This document shows positions 6,311 through 16,300 of a stretch of 29,964 nt of DNA, piece by piece. The translations under genes were made by a program, and so were the position numbers. The first letter of the stretch is position 1. Each line of letters starts with the position of its first letter. This DNA is from a virus. Its lineage: Duplodnaviria > Caudoviricetes. The stretch is taken from IMG/VR virus record IMGVR_UViG_3300025416_000031, positions 1 through 29,964 of that record; one strand, written 5' to 3'. Under the pieces are notes generated by a model. It saw nothing but the letters and a program-made list of their open reading frames with translations. It was not told where the DNA came from and ran no database searches.

Positions 6311-8452
6311 ATGGCATACGACAAAGACGAAGACATTGTTGCAAGAGCGCAAAAGCACTTTAAAGCCTGTTTAGATTGGGAACAAGATACCCGTCAGCGT
6401 TTTCGTGAGGATATGCGTTTCCTGTTTGCTGATTCGGATAATCAAGACCAATGGGAGCCAGCGGTCAAAGCTCGCCGCCGCCTGAATACTCAGCCAATGG
6501 TGACGATCAACAAGACGCACACGCACTGGCTGCACGTTGTCAACAACTTAAAGGCCAACAAGCCTAGCGTTACGGTTCATCCTACCAATGACGAGGCAAC
6601 CTATGAAGCTGCTCAAGTCTTTGAAGGTTTAGTGCGTCACACAGAATACATTTCAAACGCTAAGGTCGCTTATGACATGGCGGCTGAATCGCAAGTTGGT
6701 GGTGGTATTGGCTATTGGATTGTTACGACAGCCTACGCTGACGATTCCAGCTTTGACCAAGAGATTTACATCAAAGAAGTGCCAGACACGATGTCAATCT
6801 ATCTTGACCCGCACATTAAAAAGCGTGACGGTTCAGATGCTAAGTTTGGTTTTATCTATGAGGATATACCAAAAGAGGAATTTCGCCGCCGATTCCCTAA
6901 TACCTTGTTGCCTGCTGTAGAGGCTCAAGGTAGCCAAAACTGGATTACAAAAGACGTTGTTCGCCTTGCTACTTACTATGAAGTTGAAGATAAAAAGGAA
7001 TGGCTGTACTCAATCCCCAATGAAGACGGTTCGCTGACTTACAAAAAGCAGTCTAATTTGTCTCGTGATGAGCAAAAGATGCTCAATGAAGCTATCAAAC
7101 TTGGTGCTGACATTCAACGCCGCCGCATTGACAAGCGCAGTATTAAAAAATACTTGATTGGCGGTAATACTGTTTTGGAAAAAGGCGATTGGGCTGGTAA
7201 GTATGTGCCAATTGTTCGTGTGCCAGGCGAGGAAATCACGCTTGAAGGCAAGCTAGACCGTAAAGGTTTGGTACGCTACATGAAAGACGCGCAACGCGCC
7301 TACAACTACAACGCTGCGGCTGCCCTAGAGTATGGCGCATTGCAATCTAAGTCGCCTTACCTTGCGCCTGTTGAGGCCATTGAGGGCTTGGAAAACTATT
7401 GGGCAACGGCTAACACCGAAAACCATGCTTATCTGCCATACAACCATGCAGACGAGCAAGGCAACCCCATTCCTAACCCTGCCCGTGCGCCTGCACCTAT
7501 GTCTTCACCCGTCTACATGGATGGTATGGCACAGGCAGCGCAAGAGTTAATGATGACTTCGGGTCAGTACGATCAAACTTTTGGCGCTCAAAGCCAAGAA
7601 TTGTCGGGCGTATCCATTGAGAAGCGTGTCAACCAAGGTGAACGAGTTACATTTCACTTTCAAGATATGCAGAACATGGCAATTCAGTTCACAGGCAAGA
7701 TTCTGATTGACCTTTACCCCAAGATTTACGACACAAAACGCATTGTTCGCATTTTGGGTGATGATGGTACAGAGCAACAGATCACGCTTGACCCTGAATT
7801 GAAAGTGCCTCTCAAGAAACAAGAAGAAGCCGAGTCGGGTGATGTGAACGTCATTTTTAACCCCGCCGTGGGTGCTTATGATGTGGTTGCAGAGGTTGGC
7901 CCGAACTACGATACCCGCCGTGAAGCTGCGTTTGATGCTATGACTAAGCTATTGTCTGCACAGCCTGCGCTGGCGCAAGTCATTGGCGATTTGTACATGG
8001 GTTCGGCTGACTTCCCGAATGCGGATAAATTGCAAGAGCGTATGAGAAACTGGATTCCCCCTGCAATTTTGGGTACAGGGCCTTCAGACGCTGAAATGGC
8101 GCTCCAACAACAATTGCAACAAGCCCAAGCAATTATTCAACAAATGACTATGGCTTTAGAGGAGAAGAAAACCGAAGAAGCTATGGAGAAACAACGCCTC
8201 GATATGGACGCCATGAACCACTTGGCTATCCGTCTAGAAAACGAGCGCAAAGATTTGATTAGCGCATTCAAAGCCGAAACCGAGCGTTTAGGTGTGCTGA
8301 TTAAAGATGTGAAGCCACAGGATGTTGGATTAATTACTGATAAGATGGTGAGCGAGATCGAAGGCGCAACAAACATCGGTCAGGATATTAACCCCGACTT
8401 CCTAGACCCTTCACAGGTGTTAGCCCAAGAAATCCCTACCATCACCAGTTGA
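6311..8452 (+). CDS. portal protein, P22 gp1-like
   Basis: 713 aa, directly after TerL. Motifs FREDMRF...DQW, TINK, GLVRYMKDAQRAYNY, YDVVAEVGPNYDTRREAA and a Q-rich C-terminal coiled coil (barrel). Confidence 0.9.
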   Translation: MAYDKDEDIVARAQKHFKACLDWEQDTRQRFREDMRFLFADSDNQDQWEPAVKARRRLNTQPMVTINKTHTHWLHVVNNLKANKPSVTVHPTNDEATYEAAQVFEGLVRHTEYISNAKVAYDMAAESQVGGGIGYWIVTTAYADDSSFDQEIYIKEVPDTMSIYLDPHIKKRDGSDAKFGFIYEDIPKEEFRRRFPNTLLPAVEAQGSQNWITKDVVRLATYYEVEDKKEWLYSIPNEDGSLTYKKQSNLSRDEQKMLNEAIKLGADIQRRRIDKRSIKKYLIGGNTVLEKGDWAGKYVPIVRVPGEEITLEGKLDRKGLVRYMKDAQRAYNYNAAAALEYGALQSKSPYLAPVEAIEGLENYWATANTENHAYLPYNHADEQGNPIPNPARAPAPMSSPVYMDGMAQAAQELMMTSGQYDQTFGAQSQELSGVSIEKRVNQGERVTFHFQDMQNMAIQFTGKILIDLYPKIYDTKRIVRILGDDGTEQQITLDPELKVPLKKQEEAESGDVNVIFNPAVGAYDVVAEVGPNYDTRREAAFDAMTKLLSAQPALAQVIGDLYMGSADFPNADKLQERMRNWIPPAILGTGPSDAEMALQQQLQQAQAIIQQMTMALEEKKTEEAMEKQRLDMDAMNHLAIRLENERKDLISAFKAETERLGVLIKDVKPQDVGLITDKMVSEIEGATNIGQDINPDFLDPSQVLAQEIPTITS

Positions 8453-8458
8453 GGAACT

Positions 8459-9175
8459 ATGTCAGAAACAATCGAAACCCAAACCACAGAAAATCCAGAA
8501 GCAACTATTGAGCAATTAGCCGAACCCAAGGCAGAGGTTCAAACTGAGCTAAAAAAAGACGCTTACCATGAGTTGCCCGATTGGGCGCGTAAACGCATGG
8601 GCGAACTTGCTGCTCAAAAGAATTCTGAACGTGAACGTGCTGCTCAATTGCAGGCACAGATTGACGCTTTGAATCAAGCGCCGCAACAACAATATCAACC
8701 TCAATCCCAAGAGGATGTGTACACAGTTGCCGCCAAGATTGCCGAGCAAAAGATGCAAGAGCAATCTTTTATTCAAAAAATGGGGCAAATTGAAGCCACC
8801 GCCAAAGAACAATTTGGCTCTGAATACGACAAGGCCATTTCTAATTTAAGTTTGGCTGGCGTTCAATCTAACGACTTTTTACGCGCTTTGGCTGAAATTC
8901 CTAGCCCTGAAAAAGTTTTGGTTTACTTGGGTCGCTCGGACAACGTGGCAGAGGCGATTCGCATTGCCAACCTGAACCCGCTGCAAATGGGCATTGAAAT
9001 GACAAAGTTGAGCAACAAGGCCAACAAAGAATTTTCCAAACAGCGTTCTAATGCGCCTGCTCCCGTGGGTGAGGTAAGCGGTGGTTCGTCTAGTGGCGGC
9101 GGCGGTGCAGAGCCACCTATTAGCGACACACAGGCTTGGATGGCTTGGCGCAATAAGACCAAAAAGTCTCGTTAA
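8459..9175 (+). CDS. capsid scaffolding protein
   Basis: Between portal and coat. Acidic N-terminus, coiled coil, SNAPAPVGEV linker and basic C-terminal helix (AWMAWRNKTKKSR). Confidence 0.8.
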   Translation: MSETIETQTTENPEATIEQLAEPKAEVQTELKKDAYHELPDWARKRMGELAAQKNSERERAAQLQAQIDALNQAPQQQYQPQSQEDVYTVAAKIAEQKMQEQSFIQKMGQIEATAKEQFGSEYDKAISNLSLAGVQSNDFLRALAEIPSPEKVLVYLGRSDNVAEAIRIANLNPLQMGIEMTKLSNKANKEFSKQRSNAPAPVGEVSGGSSSGGGGAEPPISDTQAWMAWRNKTKKSR

Positions 9176-9178
9176 TTC

Positions 9179-9207
9179 TTGCGGCAGCCTAAAAACTGCC
9201 GTAAAAT
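9179..9207 (+). promoter_or_regulatory. sigma70-like promoter overlapped by an inverted repeat, upstream of the coat gene
   Basis: TTGCGG 9179-9184, 17 nt, TAAAAT 9202-9207. Inverted repeat TTGCGGCAG 9179-9187 / CTGCCGTAA 9196-9204. Confidence 0.5.
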
Positions 9208-9323
9208 GTTTACTAAGGCAGAAGCAGGCCGTATAACTGTTGTGTTGAGCCGTTAAAACAAACTCCAGGCTAGAGTTAAAAGGAATCCCACTTTTAATCT
9301 TTTTCATAAGGAGGTAGATCAAC

Positions 9324-10526
9324 ATGACTACTAACTCACTATTGACGATTAACCAGATCACGAATGAAGCCGTGCGTCTGTTTACTCAGTCAAATGCTTT
9401 CTTGCGTACCGTTTCGCGTCAATATGACGACCAATTCGCCCGTACTGGTGCAAAAATTGGTTCGACTTTGCGCGTTCGTCTGCCTAACGATTACACCGTT
9501 TCGACAGGCCCAGCAATTACCCCTCAAGGTACTAACGAACAAAACACATCGTTGACTGTGGCAACACAAGCTAACGTGCCTGTGTCGTTTGGTACTGCTG
9601 AGAAAACCATGCAATTGGACGACTTCAGTGAGCGCGTTCTCGCTCCCGCTGTTAACCGTTTGGCTGCTTACGTTGCTGCTGACCTAATGAACGTGGCTGG
9701 TCAATCTGCCAACATCGTGGCTAACTTGTCTGGTTCTACTTTGTCTAGCCCCAATGCTACGACTTGGTTGACCGCTGGCTCTGCTATCGATCAAAACTTG
9801 GCCCCCCGTTATGACCGCAAGATTATTCTTGACCCCGTGACCCAAGCCCGTACCGTTTCCTCTTTGGCTGGCTTGTTTAACCCTCAAGTCAAAATTGCCG
9901 ACCAATACGAAACAGGCATCATCACCAAGGATACCTTGGGCTTTGACTGGATGTATGACCAAACCACCCAAGTTCATACCGTGGGTTCATTCTCTGCTGG
10001 TACAGTTAACGGTGCAAGCCAAACTGGTACTACATTGACCGTGAACGCAATCACTGGTACTTTGAACGTGGGCGACATCATCACGATTGCTGGCGTTTAC
10101 GCTATCAACCGTTTGACTGGTCAATCTCAAGGTCAATTGCGTCAGTTCGTTGTGACTGCTAACGTTGCTTCTGGCGCGACTAGCATCCCAATTTATCCAG
10201 CAATTACTCCCGCACCTGCTGCTTTCAACACCGTGACAGCTTCGCCTGCTAACAGCGCCGCTATCAGCTTGGTGATGCCTGCCAGCTCACAGTATCGTCA
10301 AAACTTGGCCTACTACCCAGAAGCGTTCACATTGGCTACCGCCGATTTGGAAATGCCTACTGCTGGTGTGGTTCAAGCTGCTCGTGCAAACTTTGACGGT
10401 ATCAGCCTGCGTATGATCGAAGCCTACGACGTTATGTCTGACAGCTTGATTACCCGTATGGACATTTTGTACGGTTACGCTGCAATCAAGCCTGAATGGT
10501 CTTGTATTGTTGCTGACGTGGTCTAA
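9324..10526 (+). CDS. major capsid protein, P22 coat (gp5) family
   Basis: Motifs NSLLTINQITNEA, GAKIGSTLRVRLP, LDDFSERVLAPA, GFDWMYDQ and RMDILYGYAAIKPEW. Strong TAAGGAGG RBS and biased codon usage. Confidence 0.95.
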   Translation: MTTNSLLTINQITNEAVRLFTQSNAFLRTVSRQYDDQFARTGAKIGSTLRVRLPNDYTVSTGPAITPQGTNEQNTSLTVATQANVPVSFGTAEKTMQLDDFSERVLAPAVNRLAAYVAADLMNVAGQSANIVANLSGSTLSSPNATTWLTAGSAIDQNLAPRYDRKIILDPVTQARTVSSLAGLFNPQVKIADQYETGIITKDTLGFDWMYDQTTQVHTVGSFSAGTVNGASQTGTTLTVNAITGTLNVGDIITIAGVYAINRLTGQSQGQLRQFVVTANVASGATSIPIYPAITPAPAAFNTVTASPANSAAISLVMPASSQYRQNLAYYPEAFTLATADLEMPTAGVVQAARANFDGISLRMIEAYDVMSDSLITRMDILYGYAAIKPEWSCIVADVV

Positions 10527-10542
10527 ACGGAGCGCACCCCCT

Positions 10543-10776
10543 ATGAAAATCGAGCAGTTTTATAGGGGGAAGCCTGTGCTTCCTCCTGTGTATATTTACA
10601 AAGAATTCCCCAAGTGGATTACCAAATCAAGCGGTGATTCTGTTTTGGTGAATGACGAGATTGAAGAACGTCAGCTTTTAGAGGCTGATAAACCGAAGCG
10701 AGGAAGGCCAAAAAATGACGCAACCACTGCCAACGACTCCCTCGGACATAATCAACCTAGCGCTGAAGACAGCTAA
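10543..10776 (+). CDS. small hypothetical protein after the capsid gene
   Basis: GGAG RBS 10529-10532. Contains YKEFPKWI...KPKRGRPK. The start could be a later GTG. Confidence 0.6.
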   Translation: MKIEQFYRGKPVLPPVYIYKEFPKWITKSSGDSVLVNDEIEERQLLEADKPKRGRPKNDATTANDSLGHNQPSAEDS

Positions 10777-11458
10777 CGTCATTGGTGTTGGACAGACACC
10801 TTTGGCGCAAGATACCAACGATGCGTTTAACCAGTTAAATATGATGATGGCGCAATGGCAGCGCCGCCGTTATATGGTTTACGAGTTGGTAACGATTTCC
10901 TTGCAAGCTACGGGGGCAGAATCTTACACAATTGGCCCTGGCCAACAGTTTGATATTGCCCGACCCGTCAAGATTGAGTTTGCTTACTTCCGCATGAATG
11001 CAGGTACACCGCTGCCTGTTGACTACCCATTAACTGTTTTACGGGCGCAAGAAGACTACGACCGTATTTCAATTAAGAACCTCAACGCTTTCCCGCAATA
11101 TCTTTATTACGATACAGGCTATCCTGTGGGTAATATTTTCGTGTGGCCTTTGCCAAGCAACCAATACACAATCTTTTTGAGCGTGATGGTGCAATTGCAA
11201 AAATTCAACACAATCAGCGATCAGATTGTTTTGCCGCCTGAATACTTGGATGCGTTGCATTGGAATTTAGCGCGGCGTTTGTGCGTGGTTTATGGTGTGC
11301 CAATCCCGCCTGAATTGACTGGATACGCCGAAGCCTCAATGAGTGCAATTGAAGAAGTAAATAGCCAAATTCCTTTGTTGCACATGCCTGTGGCCTTGCG
11401 TGGAAAATCTGGCGCTTACAACATTTATGGCGATTTTTATGTTGGGAGTGCAGGTTAA
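10715..11458 (+). CDS. head-to-tail adaptor, P22 gp4-like
   Basis: DIINLALK..NVIGVGQTP...DAFNQLNMMMAQW and LPPEYLDALHWNLARRL, plus synteny. Confidence 0.8.
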   Translation: MTQPLPTTPSDIINLALKTANVIGVGQTPLAQDTNDAFNQLNMMMAQWQRRRYMVYELVTISLQATGAESYTIGPGQQFDIARPVKIEFAYFRMNAGTPLPVDYPLTVLRAQEDYDRISIKNLNAFPQYLYYDTGYPVGNIFVWPLPSNQYTIFLSVMVQLQKFNTISDQIVLPPEYLDALHWNLARRLCVVYGVPIPPELTGYAEASMSAIEEVNSQIPLLHMPVALRGKSGAYNIYGDFYVGSAG

Positions 11459-12915
11459 TGGCTAAATTACCGTTAGTAACTGGCGCTTACCAGACGAAAA
11501 GCGTCATTGCTGGCGCTCAACGCTGCGTTAACCTGTACATGGAAAAGAATCCCGATACTTCGGTTTTCCCTGCGACTCATTACCCAATGCCAGGCTTAAC
11601 TACGCTGACAACAGCGCCGAATGGCAATGTTTGGCGTAGCATTTACTCTGCTTCTAACGGACAGCTTTATGGTGTCTGCGGTTCTACCGTGTACACATTA
11701 AACAGCAACTTAGGGCTGCAAAGTTTAGGAACGATTCAGAGTAGCTCTGGCGTTGTCTCAATGGTTGATAACGGTCAATATGTGTTTTTGGTTGACGGTA
11801 CAGTGAACTCGTCTACCAATTACGGCGGCTATACGATTCAAATGAGTAATAACACGCTTGCGCCGATTAACAACAGCGGCTCAGGCGACCAAGGTGGGTT
11901 TTACGGTTCAAATCAAGTTAACTATGTTGATGGTTACTTTATTTTCAACCGACCAAATACAAACCAATGGTACATCTCGTTAAACAACTCAATCACACTT
12001 GACCCTACCGACTATGCAGCCAAATCTGGATTCGCTGATAACATCGTTGGTATTGGCGTTGCTCGCCGTTATATTTATCTGTTTGGTGAAGTAACAACTG
12101 AAGTCTGGTTTAACGCTGGTAATGCGGTGTTTCCATTTCAAGAGATGCCTGGCTCGTTTATTCAATATGGATGTGCTGCGACTAATTCTATTGCTCAAAT
12201 GGATGGTGAGATGTATTGGGTTGCTCAATCGCCCCAAGGCCAAGCCTACATTTGCCGAACACAAAACTTCTCTGCGGTTCAAATTAGTACGTTTGCGATT
12301 GACCAAGAATTGCAAACTTACTCAATGCTGTCAGACGCTATCGGATACACATTTGAGATTAATGGTCACTTCTTTTATGTGGTGACATTCCCTAGCGCAA
12401 GTAAAACATGGTGCTTTGATCTGTCTAACCAACAATGGTCGGAATGGTCAACCACTGATTCAAACGGCAACTTAAACCGTCACTTGTCTAACTGTTTTGC
12501 TTTCTGGAACAATTTTCTGGTGGTGGGCGACTATCAAAGCGGAAACCTTTATTTTCTTGACCAGAATAATTACACCGACAACGGAACACCGATTACACGC
12601 ATTCGCGGCTTCTATCATCAAGAAGACGATATGTCTGATCGCGTGAGATACAAGCAATTCATTGCTGAAATGGAATCGGGTAATGGAAACAACAATCAGC
12701 CTGTGACCGTGTTCTTGCGGTGGTCGGACAATCGCGGAAAATCTTTTGGCAACCCTGTTGGTCAAACAATGGGCAAAGAAGGCTATTACTTGACTTCAAT
12801 CAATTGGTGGCGCTTGGGCATGGCTAGAGATAGGGTGTTTGAACTTTCATGGTCTGAGCCTGTTAAAACTGCTTTGTCTGGCGCTTTCATTGACGCTGCG
12901 CCCAATAGAAAATGA
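11458..12915 (+). CDS. tail hub / packaged DNA stabilization protein, P22 gp10-like
   Basis: QRCVNLY, beta-propeller-like repeats, VFLRWSDNRGKSFGN, WWRLGMARDRVFELSWSEPV. Follows the gp4-like gene. Confidence 0.85.
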   Translation: MAKLPLVTGAYQTKSVIAGAQRCVNLYMEKNPDTSVFPATHYPMPGLTTLTTAPNGNVWRSIYSASNGQLYGVCGSTVYTLNSNLGLQSLGTIQSSSGVVSMVDNGQYVFLVDGTVNSSTNYGGYTIQMSNNTLAPINNSGSGDQGGFYGSNQVNYVDGYFIFNRPNTNQWYISLNNSITLDPTDYAAKSGFADNIVGIGVARRYIYLFGEVTTEVWFNAGNAVFPFQEMPGSFIQYGCAATNSIAQMDGEMYWVAQSPQGQAYICRTQNFSAVQISTFAIDQELQTYSMLSDAIGYTFEINGHFFYVVTFPSASKTWCFDLSNQQWSEWSTTDSNGNLNRHLSNCFAFWNNFLVVGDYQSGNLYFLDQNNYTDNGTPITRIRGFYHQEDDMSDRVRYKQFIAEMESGNGNNNQPVTVFLRWSDNRGKSFGNPVGQTMGKEGYYLTSINWWRLGMARDRVFELSWSEPVKTALSGAFIDAAPNRK

Positions 12916-13304
12916 CACAGTTAGCTTCAAACGTCCCCAATGTAAACATCAAGTTTCTTGATGCGAACGGGAATATTACGACTGCTTGGCTAATGTTCTT
13001 GACGCAGTTGTATCAAAGAACAGGCGGCAACAATACGCCTGGCTTAACTTTGTCGCAACTGCAACAGTTTCTTGAGAATTTGAGCGTTCAAAACGCTAAC
13101 GGTTTTAATGGATATACGACTGTTGTTAACAATGCACCAGTTTTGACCATTGATACAACCGTGAACGGTTTGGCTTACGGTGATGGAACTGCGCTAAAAG
13201 CTGTGACAATTGGCGCAAACTTAATCTTTTCAAACGGCACTTTATCAGCAACTGGCGGCGGTAGCGGCTCTGATTCATTGGCGTTTGCCGCACGACATGG
13301 ATAA
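12912..13304 (+). CDS. tail protein in the P22 gp26 (needle) position, probable fibre adaptor
   Basis: Synteny after gp10. N-terminal helix (AWLMFLTQLYQRTGG), a fibre-like segment shared with the next gene, and a short C-terminal helix SLAFAARHG. Confidence 0.55.
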   Translation: MTQLASNVPNVNIKFLDANGNITTAWLMFLTQLYQRTGGNNTPGLTLSQLQQFLENLSVQNANGFNGYTTVVNNAPVLTIDTTVNGLAYGDGTALKAVTIGANLIFSNGTLSATGGGSGSDSLAFAARHG

Positions 13305-13307
13305 AAC

Positions 13308-16300
13308 ATGATTAGACTAGACACTACAACACGGGTCTTAAAGCTGTTTTTGGGCGGCGCGGTAACTACTTCGCAACTCCAAACGACTGTTTGTTATTCA
13401 GACCAAACAAGCACGACCTATCTTGGTGCAACTCAATTAAGCCTATCCAATAACACCACTGCGGTAACTATTTGTAACGCTCCAGCGGCATCTACGGTGC
13501 GTGATATTGATATGTTGACAGTATTCAATACGGATACTGCTAATGCCATTGTCACGATTCAACTGGTGGATGGTTCAACTGCCTACAACGAAATTGTTGT
13601 CACGCTTTCGCCTCAAGATAAGCTGACCTACACACACGGTAGCGGCTGGCAAGTGGTAACTAACGCTGGCAACCTTAAACAGCAAACTTTAACTAGCTCA
13701 GGTGTTTCTGCGGTTACTGCGACTGCACCATTGGCGTCTAGCGGTGGCACATCGCCTAATTTGACTATTGCTCAAGCAAACACGACAACTAGCGGATATT
13801 TAAGCTCAACCGATTGGAATACGTTTAATGGAAAAGCGCCAGCAACATCGGGAACTTCAATCCTGTACGGCAATGGCACGGGTGGATTCTCAAACGTCAC
13901 CATTGGGTCAAACCTTACATTCTCTGGCGGAACATTGTCAGCCTCTGGCGGTTCGGGAACAGTTACAAGCATCACCGCAGGCACAGGGCTTTCTGGCGGC
14001 ACGATCACGACAAGCGGCACGATTGCAATTGCAAACACCGCAGTAACTGCTGGCTCGTATGGTTCAGCTTCAAGTGTGGGAACTTTTACGGTAAACGCTC
14101 AAGGTCAACTAACGGCGGCAGGCAGCACTACGATTGCCATTGCAGCATCACAGATTACTTCTGGTCAAGTTGCAATTGCTCAAGGTGGTACAAATGGAAC
14201 AGCTACTCCTACTGCTGGTGGTGTTTCCTATGGTACTGGTACTGCTTACGCATTTAGTGCTGCGGGTACTTCTGGCTATGTGTTAGCTTCTGGCGGGGCA
14301 TCTACTCCAACATGGACTAACTCGCCTACTCTTGTTGGCACAAACTTTTCTGCTATCCCTAATGGTGCTTTGACAAACAGCACAATTTCTGGTGTTTCGC
14401 TTGGTTCAAACTTAAACGCTTTGACAATCGGAACTGGTTTAAGCGGAACAAGCTATAACGGTTCATCTGGCGTAACTATTGCTTTAGCAAATACAGCAGT
14501 AACAGCAGGTACATACGGAAGCGCAACAGCAATTCCAACAATTACCGTTAATGCTCAAGGTCAGATTACCTCGATTACTACAAATCCGTTAAATTCACCT
14601 GCTTATCAAGGCACTTGGAACGCATCCACAAACACACCAACGCTTACATCAAGTTCTGGAACAAACAATAATTATTACGTTGTTTCTGTTGCTGGTACAA
14701 CAACATTAAACGGAATTTCTCTTTGGTCTGTTGGTGATTGGGCAATTTTCAACGGAACAACAAACGCATGGGAAAAAATAAACGGTTCATCTACTGAAGC
14801 GTTTACAGGCATCACCGTAACTGGTTTAACTGGTTATATGTATGCCAACGGTTCAAGTGCTGTAACGGCATCCACAACCATTCCAACAACAGTTTTAAGC
14901 GGAACTATTAGTAACGCTCAACTAGCTAATTCATCAATCACTATTAACGGCAATGCTGTTAGTTTAGGTGGTTCAACAACAGTAACTGCTGCTGCTCCTT
15001 ATGCTTTGACGATTGGCACAGGATTAAGCGGAACAAGTTACAACGGGTCTGCTGCTGTAACTGTTGCATTAGCTAATACGGCTGTAACTTCTGGTTCTTA
15101 TACCAATGCGTCAATTACGGTTGATGCTCAAGGTCGGTTAACTTCAGCTTCTAGCGGAGCTGCTCCAGTTACGTCTGTTTCTGGAACTTCTCCTGTTGTT
15201 TCTTCTGGTGGGGCAACTCCTACAATCAGTTTGGCGTCTGGATATGGCGATACACAAAATCCATACGCAAGCAAAACGGCTAACTATTTCCTTGCATCTC
15301 CAAGCGGAACGGCTGGCGCTCCTACATTCAGGGCAATCGTTGCTGCTGATATTCCAACTCTTAACCAAAATACAACAGGGTCGGCTGGTTCTGTTGCCAA
15401 TGCTTTAACAATTGGCACAGGATTGTCTGGTACAAGTTACAACGGCTCTACGACTGTAACAATCGCCCTAGCTAACACGGCGGTAACGGCTGGTTCGTAC
15501 ACCAATGCCAATATTACTGTTGACGCTCAAGGACGTATTACATCTGCGGCAAACGGTTCGGCTGGTGGCGTTACTTCCGTTGCTGGTACAACCAATCAAA
15601 TTTCTGTTTCTGCTTCAACAGGTGCGGTTACTTTCAGCCTTGCGGCTGCGATTACAACTGGCTCATTTGTTGCTAACGAAACAATCACAGGCTCTTTGTC
15701 TGCTGGTGCTTTTAGCTATGGAACGCTTGGCTATTCAGACACAAGCATTTTTGCTTCATTTACTTCAAGCACAAACAGTTACAACCAGATCGTTTTACAA
15801 AATACCAGTAATGGTACGGCGGCATCGACTGATTACGTTGTAAGCAACAACAACGGTACTGCAACGACCTATTACGGCGACTTTGGCATGAATTCGTCAG
15901 GGTTTAGCGGTACAGGCGCTTTAAATGGCGCAAATAACGTCTATTTAACGTCAACCAGCGCTGATTTGGCGATTGGTACGACAACGTCTAATGCAATTCA
16001 CTTTGTGATTAATGGGTCTGCAACCGATGCAGTGACCATTAATACCAGCGGTGCGGTGGCTTTCAACGGTTCTTACGGAACTTCTGGTTACGTTTTGCAA
16101 TCTAACGGTTCTGGTTCAGCACCAACTTGGGTTGCAGGTGGGGGTGGTAGCTCAATCACCAACACAGCTACCAGCACAAACGCTACTTATTACATGGCGT
16201 TTCAGTCTTCCACAAGCGGAACGACTACGGTTAACTACGTAAATTCTGGCGTTACTGTTAACCCGTCTACTGGCGTTGTTGCGTCTGCTGCGTTTAATGC

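Noticed and set aside
14415-15556. CRISPR-like repeat array
   Set aside because: Repeats are long, degenerate at third codon positions and in-frame within the fibre gene, so they are protein repeats.
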